A DNA stretch of 22,934 nt. Source: a virus (Duplodnaviria; Heunggongvirae; Uroviricota; Caudoviricetes). This document shows positions 16,649 to 22,934 of this stretch, one piece after another (positions within the stretch are counted from its first letter, which is position 1; every line of letters begins with the position of its first letter). The stretch lies in the IMG/VR virus record IMGVR_UViG_2693429523_000013. The stretch is one strand, 5' to 3'. The position numbers were made by a program, and so were the translations under genes. A model generated the notes under the pieces. That model was not told where the DNA came from, did no database searches, and worked only from the letters and a program-made list of their open reading frames with translations.

Positions 16649-17425
16649 GTGAATCCGCAGATGACCCTGCGTCGCCTGCCGGATGAAGATCCGCAGAATC
16701 TGGCGGACCCGGCTTACCGCCGCCGTCGCATCATCATGCAGAACATGCGAGACGAAGAGCTGGCCATTGCTCAGGTCGAAGAGATGCAGGCAGTTTCTGC
16801 TGTGCTTAAGGGCAAATACACCATGACCGGTGAAGCCTTCGATCCGGTTGAGGTGGATATGGGCCGCAGTGCGGCGAACAACATCACACAGTCCGGTGGT
16901 ACGGAGTGGAGCAAGCGTGACAAGTCCACGTATGACCCGACCGACGATATCGAAGCCTATGCGCTGAACGCCAGCGGAGTGGTGAATATCATCGTGTTTG
17001 ATCCGAAAGGCTGGGCGCTGTTCCGTTCCTTCAAAGCCGTCAAGGAGAAGCTGGATACCCGTCGCGGCTCTAATTCCGAGCTGGAGACAGCGGTAAAAGA
17101 CCTGGGCGAAGCGGTGTCCTATAAGGGGATGTATGGCGATACGGCGATCGTCGTGTATTCCGGACAGTACGTGGAAAACGACGTCAAAAAGAACTTCCTT
17201 CCGGACAACACGATGGTGCTGGGGAACTCTCAGGCACGCGGTCTGCGCACCTATGGCTGCATTCAGGATGCGGACGCACAGCGCGAAGGTATTAACGCCT
17301 CTGCCCGCTACCCGAAAAACTGGGTGACCACCGGCGATCCGGCGCGTGAGTTCACCATGATTCAGTCAGCACCGCTGATGCTGCTGGCTGACCCTGATGC
17401 GTTCGTGTCCGTACAACTGGCGTAA
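16649..17425 (+). pseudogene. E: major capsid protein E, lambda-type, 5'-truncated (lacks ~80 N-terminal codons)
   Basis: Translation MNPQMTLRRLPDEDPQNLADPAYRRRRIIMQNMRDEE... to ..FVSVQLA is near-identical to lambda gpE residues ~84-341 as recalled. Lambda similarity begins near 16637; an in-frame TAG sits at 16634-16636 and upstream DNA is unrelated. Confidence 0.8.
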
Positions 17426-17466
17426 TCATGGCCCTTCGGGGCCATTTTCTCTCTGTGGAGGAGTCT

Positions 17467-17862
17467 ATGACGAAAGATGAACTGATTGCCCGTCTTCAGG
17501 TGCTGGGTGAGCAACTGAACCGTGATGTCAGCCTGACGGGGACGAAAGAAGAACTGGTGCTCCGTGTGGCAGAGCTGGAAGAGGAGCTTGATGACACGGA
17601 TGACGCTGCCGGTCAGGACACATCTGTCAGCCCGGAAAATGCGCTGACCGGACATGAAAATGAGGTTGTATCAGCGCAGCCGGATACCGTGACTGATACG
17701 GCTGATCTGGTCACGGTTGTGGCACTGGTGACGCTGCATACTGATGCACTTCACGCCACGCGGGATGAGGCTGTGGCATTTGTGCTGCCGGGAACGGCGT
17801 TCCGTGTCTCTGCCGGTGTGTCAGCTGAAATGACAGAGCGCGGCCTGGCCAGAATGCAATAA
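17467..17862 (+). CDS. FI: lambda-type FI protein (DNA packaging / head assembly)
   Basis: MTKDELIARLQVLGEQLNRDVSLTGTKEEL...TERGLARMQ is near-identical to lambda gpFI; GGAGGAG RBS before ATG 17467. The track ORF from 17428 is an upstream extension. Confidence 0.9.
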   Translation: MTKDELIARLQVLGEQLNRDVSLTGTKEELVLRVAELEEELDDTDDAAGQDTSVSPENALTGHENEVVSAQPDTVTDTADLVTVVALVTLHTDALHATRDEAVAFVLPGTAFRVSAGVSAEMTERGLARMQ

Positions 17863-17873
17863 CGGGAGGCGCT

Positions 17874-18227
17874 GTGGCTGATTTCGATAACCTGTTCGAT
17901 GCTGCCATTGCCCGCGCCGATGAAACGATACGCGGGTACATGGGAACGTCAGCCACCATGACATCCGGTGAGCAGTCCGGCGCAGTAATACGTGGTGTTT
18001 TTGATGACCCTGAAAATATCAGCTATGCCGGACAGGGCGTGCGCGTTGAAGGCTCCAGCCCGTCCCTGTTTGTCCGGACTGATGATGTGCGGCAGCTGCG
18101 GCGCGGCGACACGCTGACCATCGGTGAGGAAAACTTCTGGATAGACCGGATTTCGCCGGATGATGGCGGAAGCTGTCATCTCTGGCTTGGGCGGGGCGTA
18201 CCGCCTGCCGTTAACCGTCGCCGCTGA
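17874..18227 (+). CDS. FII: lambda-type FII head-tail joining protein
   Basis: MADFDNLFDAAIARADETIRGYMGTSA...HLWLGRGVPPAVNRRR is near-identical to lambda gpFII. Confidence 0.92.
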   Translation: MADFDNLFDAAIARADETIRGYMGTSATMTSGEQSGAVIRGVFDDPENISYAGQGVRVEGSSPSLFVRTDDVRQLRRGDTLTIGEENFWIDRISPDDGGSCHLWLGRGVPPAVNRRR

Positions 18228-18238
18228 AAGGGGGATGT

Positions 18239-18817
18239 ATGGCCATAAAAGGTCTTGAGCAGGCCGTTGAAAACCTCAGTCGTATCAGCAGAGCGGCGGT
18301 GCCCGGTGCCGCCGCAATGGCCATTAACCGCGTTGCTTCATCCGCGATATCGCAGTCGGCGTCACAGGTTGCCCGTGAGACAAAGGTACGCCGGAAACTG
18401 GTAAAGGAAAGGGCCAGGCTGAAAAGGGCCACGGTCAAAAATCCGCAGGCCAGAATCAAGGTTAACCGGGGGGATTTGCCCGTAATAAAGCTGGGTAACG
18501 CGCGGATTGTCCTGTCCCGACGCAGGCGTCGTAAAAAGGGGCAGCGTTCAGCCCTGAAAGGTGGCGGCAGCGTGCTTGTGGTGGGAAACCGTCGTATTCC
18601 CGGCGCGTTTATTCAGCAACTGAAACATGGCCGCTGGCATGTCATGCAGCGTGTGGCCGGGAAAAACCGTTACCCCATTGATGTGGTGAAAATCCCGATG
18701 GCGGTGCCGCTGACCACGGCGTTTAAACAGAATATTGAGCGGATACGGCGTGAGCGTCTTCCGAAAGAGCTGGGCTATGCGCTGCAGCATCAACTGAGGA
18801 TGGTAATAAAGCGATGA
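18239..18817 (+). CDS. Z: lambda-type minor tail protein Z
   Basis: MAIKGLEQAVENLSRISRAAVPGAAAMAINRVASS... 192 aa, matches lambda gpZ. Confidence 0.92.
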   Translation: MAIKGLEQAVENLSRISRAAVPGAAAMAINRVASSAISQSASQVARETKVRRKLVKERARLKRATVKNPQARIKVNRGDLPVIKLGNARIVLSRRRRRKKGQRSALKGGGSVLVVGNRRIPGAFIQQLKHGRWHVMQRVAGKNRYPIDVVKIPMAVPLTTAFKQNIERIRRERLPKELGYALQHQLRMVIKR

Positions 18818-19209
18818 AACATACTGAACTCCGTGCAGCCGTACTGGATGCACTGGAGAAGCATGACACCGGGGCGACGCTTTTTGATGGTCGCCCCGCT
18901 GTTTTTGATGAGGAAGATTTTCCGGCAATTGCCGTTTATCTCACCGGCGCTGAATACACGGGCGAAGAGCTGGACAGCGATACCTGGCAGGCGGAGCTGC
19001 ATATTGAAGTTTTCCTGCCTGCTCAGGTGCCGGATTCAGAGCTGGATGCGTGGATGGAGTCCCGGATTTATCCGGTGATGAGCGATATCCCGGCACTGTC
19101 AGATTTGATCACCAGTATGGTGGCCAGTGGCTATGACTACCGGCGCGACGATGATGCGGGCCTGTGGAGTTCAGCCGATCTGACTTATGTCATTACCTAT
19201 GAAATGTGA
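18814..19209 (+). CDS. U: lambda-type tail terminator protein U
   Basis: [52 protein letters not shown]... 131 aa, matches lambda gpU; start overlaps the Z stop. Confidence 0.92.
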   Translation: MKHTELRAAVLDALEKHDTGATLFDGRPAVFDEEDFPAIAVYLTGAEYTGEELDSDTWQAELHIEVFLPAQVPDSELDAWMESRIYPVMSDIPALSDLITSMVASGYDYRRDDDAGLWSSADLTYVITYEM

Positions 19210-19216
19210 GGACGCT

Positions 19217-19957
19217 ATGCCTGTACCAAATCCTACAATGCCGGTGAAAGGTGCCGGGACCACCCTGTGGGTTTATAAGGGGAGCGGTGACCCTTATGCG
19301 AACCCGCTTTCAGACGTTGACTGGTCGCGTCTGGCAAAAGTTAAAGACCTGACGCCCGGCGAACTGACCGCTGAGTCCTATGACGACAGCTATCTCGATG
19401 ATAAAGATGCAGACTGGACTGCGACCGGGCAGGGGCAGAAATCTGCCGGAGATACCAGCTTCACGCTGGCGTGGATGCCCGGAGAGCAGGGGCAGCAGGC
19501 GCTGCTGGCGTGGTTTAATGAAGGTGATACCCGTGCCTATAAAATCCGCTTCCCGAACGGCACGGTCGATGTGTTCCGTGGCTGGGTCAGCAGTATCGGT
19601 AAGGCGGTGACGGCGAAGGAAGTGATTACCCGCACGGTGAAGGTCACCAATGTGGGACGTCCGTCGATGGCAGAAGATCGCAGCACGGTAACAGCGGCAA
19701 CCGGCATGACCGTGACGCCTGCCAGCACTTCGGTGGTGAAAGGGCAGAGCACCACGCTGACCGTGGCATTCCAGCCGGAAGGCGCAACCGACAAGAGCTT
19801 CCGTGCGGTGTCAGCGGATAAAACAAAAGCCACCGTGTCGGTCAGTGGTATGACCATCACCGTGAATGGCGTTGCTGCAGGCAAGGTCAACATTCCGATT
19901 GTATCCGGTAATGGTGAGTTTGCTGCGGTTGCAGAAATCACCGTCACCGCCAGTTAA
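19217..19957 (+). CDS. V: lambda-type major tail protein V
   Basis: [49 protein letters not shown]... 246 aa, matches lambda gpV including the C-terminal Ig-like domain; GAGGA is 4 nt before ATG 19217. Confidence 0.92.
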   Translation: MPVPNPTMPVKGAGTTLWVYKGSGDPYANPLSDVDWSRLAKVKDLTPGELTAESYDDSYLDDKDADWTATGQGQKSAGDTSFTLAWMPGEQGQQALLAWFNEGDTRAYKIRFPNGTVDVFRGWVSSIGKAVTAKEVITRTVKVTNVGRPSMAEDRSTVTAATGMTVTPASTSVVKGQSTTLTVAFQPEGATDKSFRAVSADKTKATVSVSGMTITVNGVAAGKVNIPIVSGNGEFAAVAEITVTAS

Positions 19958-19972
19958 TCCGGAGAGTCAGAG

Positions 19973-20395
19973 ATGTTCCTGAAAACCGAATCATTTGAAC
20001 ATAACGGTGTGACCGTCACGCTTTCTGAACTGTCAGCCCTGCAGCGTATTGAGCATCTCGCCCTGATGAAACGGCAGGCAGAACAGGCGGAGTCAGACAG
20101 CAACCGGAAGTTTACTGTGGAAGACGCCATCAGAACCGGCGCGTTTCTGGTGGCGATGTCCCTGTGGCATAACCATCCGCAGAAGACAAAGCAGCCTTCC
20201 ATGAATGAAGCCGTTAAACAGATTGAGCAGGAAGTGCTTACCACCTGGCCCACAGAGGCAATTTCTCATGCTGAAAACGTGGTGTACCGGCTGTCTGGTA
20301 TGTATGAGTTTGTGGTGAATAATGCCCCTGAACAGGCAGAGGACGCCGGGCCCGCAGAGCCTGTTTCTGCGGGAAAGTGTTCGACGGTGAGCTGA
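19973..20395 (+). CDS. G: lambda-type tail assembly chaperone G
   Basis: MFLKTESFEHNGVTVTLSELSALQRIEHLALMKRQAEQAE... 140 aa, matches lambda gpG. Confidence 0.92.
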   Translation: MFLKTESFEHNGVTVTLSELSALQRIEHLALMKRQAEQAESDSNRKFTVEDAIRTGAFLVAMSLWHNHPQKTKQPSMNEAVKQIEQEVLTTWPTEAISHAENVVYRLSGMYEFVVNNAPEQAEDAGPAEPVSAGKCSTVS

Positions 20396-20811
20396 GTTTT
20401 GCCCTGAAACTGGCGCGTGAGATGGGGCGACCCGACTGGCGTGCCATGCTTGCCGGGATGTCATCCACGGAGTATGCCGACTGGCACCGCTTTTACAGTA
20501 CCCATTATTTTCATGATGTTCTGCTGGATATGCACTTTTCCGGGCTGACGTACACCGTGCTCAGCCTGTTTTTCAGCGATCCGGATATGCATCCGCTGGA
20601 TTTCAGTCTGCTGAACCGGCGCGAGGCTGACGAAGAGCCTGAAGATGATGTGCTGATGCAGAAAGCGGCAGGGCTTGCCGGAGGTGTCCGCTTTGGCCCG
20701 GACGGGAATGAAGTTATCCCCGCTTCCCCGGATGTGGCGGACATGACGGAGGATGACGTAATGCTGATGACAGTATCAGAAGGGATCGCAGGAGGAGTCC
20801 GGTATGGCTGA
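20377..20811 (+). CDS. T: T-frame segment of the G-T tail assembly fusion protein, made by -1 programmed frameshift from G
   Basis: Slippery heptamer G GGA AAG at 20371-20377 lies in the G frame near its 3' end, and the -1 frame is open to 20811. This matches the established lambda G/G-T frameshift. Confidence 0.8.
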   Translation: MFDGELSFALKLAREMGRPDWRAMLAGMSSTEYADWHRFYSTHYFHDVLLDMHFSGLTYTVLSLFFSDPDMHPLDFSLLNRREADEEPEDDVLMQKAAGLAGGVRFGPDGNEVIPASPDVADMTEDDVMLMTVSEGIAGGVRYG

Positions 20812-22934
20812 ACCTGTAGGCGATCTGGTCGTTGATTTGAGTCTGGATGCGGCCAGATTTGACGAGCAGATGGCCAGAGTCAGGCGTCATTTTTCCGGTA
20901 CGGAAAGTGATGCGAAAAGAACAGCGGCAGTCGTTGAACAGTCGCTGAGCCGACAGGCGCTGGCTGCACAGAAAGCGGGGATTTCCGTCGGGCAGTATAA
21001 AGCCGCCATGCGTATGCTGCCTGCACAGTTCACCGACGTGGCCACGCAGCTTGCAGGCGGGCAAAGTCCGTGGCTGATCCTGCTGCAACAGGGGGGGCAG
21101 GTGAAGGACTCCTTCGGCGGGATGATCCCCATGTTCAGGGGGCTTGCCGGTGCGATCACCCTGCCGATGGTGGGGGCCACCTCGCTGGCGGTGGCGACCG
21201 GTGCGCTGGCGTATGCCTGGTATCAGGGCAACTCAACCCTGTCCGATTTCAACAAAACGCTGGTCCTTTCCGGTCATCAGTCGGGTCTGACGGCAGATCG
21301 TATGCTGGTCCTGTCCAGAGCCGGGCAGGCGGCAGGGCTGACGTTTAACCAGACCAGCGAGTCACTCAGCGCACTGGTTAAGGCGGGGGTAAGCGGTGAG
21401 GCTCAGATTGCGTCCATCAGCCAGAGTGTGGCGCGTTTCTCCTCTGCATCCGGCGTGGAGGTGGACAAGGTCGCTGAAGCCTTCGGGAAGCTGACCACAG
21501 ACCCGACGTCGGGGCTGACGGCGATGGCACGCCAGTTCCATAACGTGACGGCGGAGCAGATTGCGTATGTTGCTCAGTTGCAGCGTTCCGGCGATGAAGC
21601 CGGGGCATTGCAGGCGGCGAACGAGGCCGCAACGAAAGGGTTTGATGACCAGACCCGCCGCCTGAAAGAGAACATGGGCACGCTGGAGACCTGGGCAGAC
21701 AGGACTGCGCGGGCATTCAAATCCATGTGGGATGCGGTGCTGGATATTGGTCGTCCTGATACCGCGCAGGAGATGCTGATTAAGGCAGAGGCTGCGTTTA
21801 AGAAAGCAGACGACATCTGGAATCTGCGCAAGGATGATTATTTTGTTAACGATGAAGCGCGGGCGCGTTACTGGGATGATCGTGAAAAGGCCCGTCTTGC
21901 GCTTGAAGCCGCCCGAAAGAAGGCTGAGCAGCAGACTCAACAGGACAAAAATGCGCAGCAGCAGAGCGATACCGAAGCGTCACGGCTGAAATATACCGAA
22001 GAGGCGCAGAAGGCTTACGAACGGCTGCAGACACCGCTGGAGAAATATACCGCCCGTCAGGAAGAACTGAACAAGGCACTGAAAGACGGGAAAATCCTGC
22101 AGGCAGATTACAACACGCTGATGGCGGCGGCGAAAAAGGATTATGAAGCGACGCTGAAAAAGCCGAAACAGTCCGGCGTGAAAGTGTCTGCGGGCGATCG
22201 TCAGGAAGACAGTGCTCATGCTGCCCTGCTGACGCTTCAGGCAGAACTCCGGACGCTGGAGAAGCATGCCGGAGCAAATGAGAAAATCAGCCAGCAGCGC
22301 CGGGATTTGTGGAAGGCGGAGAGTCAGTTCGCGGTACTGGAGGAGGCGGCGCAACGTCGCCAGCTGTCTGCACAGGAGAAATCCCTGCTGGCGCATAAAG
22401 ATGAGACGCTGGAGTACAAACGCCAGCTGGCTGCACTTGGCGACAAGGTTACGTATCAGGAGCGCCTGAACGCGCTGGCGCAGCAGGCGGATAAATTCGC
22501 ACAGCAGCAACGGGCAAAACGGGCCGCCATTGATGCGAAAAGCCGGGGGCTGACTGACCGGCAGGCAGAACGGGAAGCCACGGAACAGCGCCTGAAGGAA
22601 CAGTATGGCGATAATCCGCTGGCGCTGAATAACATCATGTCAGAGCAGAAAAAGACCTGGGCGGCTGAAGACCAGCTTCGCGGGAACTGGATGGCAGGCC
22701 TGAAGTCCGGCTGGAGTGAGTGGGAAGAGAGCGCCACGGACAGTATGTCGCAGGTAAAAAGTGCAGCCACGCAGACCTTTGATGGTATTGCACAGAATAT
22801 GGCGGCGATGCTGACCGGCAGTGAGCAGAACTGGCGCAGCTTCACCCGTTCCGTGCTGTCCATGATGACAGAAATTCTGCTTAAGCAGGCAATGGTGGGG
22901 ATTGTCGGGAGTATCGGCAGCGCCATTGGCGGGG
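20804..22934 (+). CDS. H: lambda-type tape measure protein H, partial (continues past the window end)
   Basis: MAEPVGDLVVDLSLDAARFDEQMARVRRHFSGTESDAKRTAAVVEQSLSRQALAAQKAGISVGQYKAAMRMLPAQFTDVATQLAGG... is open to the window end; GGAGGA RBS before ATG 20804. Absent from the ORF track because no stop falls in the window. Confidence 0.92.
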   Translation, partial: MAEPVGDLVVDLSLDAARFDEQMARVRRHFSGTESDAKRTAAVVEQSLSRQALAAQKAGISVGQYKAAMRMLPAQFTDVATQLAGGQSPWLILLQQGGQVKDSFGGMIPMFRGLAGAITLPMVGATSLAVATGALAYAWYQGNSTLSDFNKTLVLSGHQSGLTADRMLVLSRAGQAAGLTFNQTSESLSALVKAGVSGEAQIASISQSVARFSSASGVEVDKVAEAFGKLTTDPTSGLTAMARQFHNVTAEQIAYVAQLQRSGDEAGALQAANEAATKGFDDQTRRLKENMGTLETWADRTARAFKSMWDAVLDIGRPDTAQEMLIKAEAAFKKADDIWNLRKDDYFVNDEARARYWDDREKARLALEAARKKAEQQTQQDKNAQQQSDTEASRLKYTEEAQKAYERLQTPLEKYTARQEELNKALKDGKILQADYNTLMAAAKKDYEATLKKPKQSGVKVSAGDRQEDSAHAALLTLQAELRTLEKHAGANEKISQQRRDLWKAESQFAVLEEAAQRRQLSAQEKSLLAHKDETLEYKRQLAALGDKVTYQERLNALAQQADKFAQQQRAKRAAIDAKSRGLTDRQAEREATEQRLKEQYGDNPLALNNIMSEQKKTWAAEDQLRGNWMAGLKSGWSEWEESATDSMSQVKSAATQTFDGIAQNMAAMLTGSEQNWRSFTRSVLSMMTEILLKQAMVGIVGSIGSAIGG

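Noticed and set aside
17362-22926. Numerous antisense or off-frame ORFs across the lambda-type late genes (e.g. 17711-17959, 19537-19947, 20093-20464, 21362-21940, 21980-22510, 22456-22926)
   Set aside because: They overlap genes with near-identity to lambda structural proteins and are the usual spurious frames in GC-rich coding DNA.
1-22934. tRNA or tmRNA gene as an integration target
   Set aside because: Scanning by eye found no T-arm/acceptor-stem pattern (e.g. GGTTCGAATCC-like) in the window; any att site must lie outside it or be non-tRNA.

Overview
This window reads as a mosaic Enterobacteriaceae (E. coli-like) accessory region built from four juxtaposed mobile or viral modules. All calls rest on manual reading and recalled protein families; no searches were run. 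(1) 1-~3240: remnant of a CP4-type integrative island, with a partial YagK/YfjJ-like gene on the minus strand, an AlpA-family regulator and a 200-aa hypothetical, followed by ~950 bp of AT-rich non-coding DNA. (2) ~4191-6836: an IS66-family insertion sequence (tnpA-tnpB-tnpC), ends unresolved. (3) ~6856-14700: a phage-satellite-like module. It holds a second AlpA-family gene, an AT-rich two-gene minus-strand cargo operon (RHH regulator plus a 449-aa protein of unknown function), a divergent operon of small ORFs, a P4-alpha-type primase/helicase, an iteron array, an SSB, a full-length but divergent lambda-E-like capsid gene, a lambda-D-like decoration gene and a third AlpA-HTH protein abutting a cos site. 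(4) ~14700-22934: a lambda-like late region with cos (cosB looks lambda-like, but the cosN 12-mer appears to differ), a chimeric Nu1, a ~1.4 kb foreign segment carrying a reverse-oriented DUF2971-like gene where A-W-B-C-Nu3-D should be, a 5'-truncated E, then near-lambda FI, FII, Z, U, V, G/G-T and partial H. The best candidates for an undescribed system are the RHH + 449-aa cargo operon, the DUF2971-like moron, and the satellite-like arrangement of primase, ori, SSB and capsid E/D homologues next to cos.
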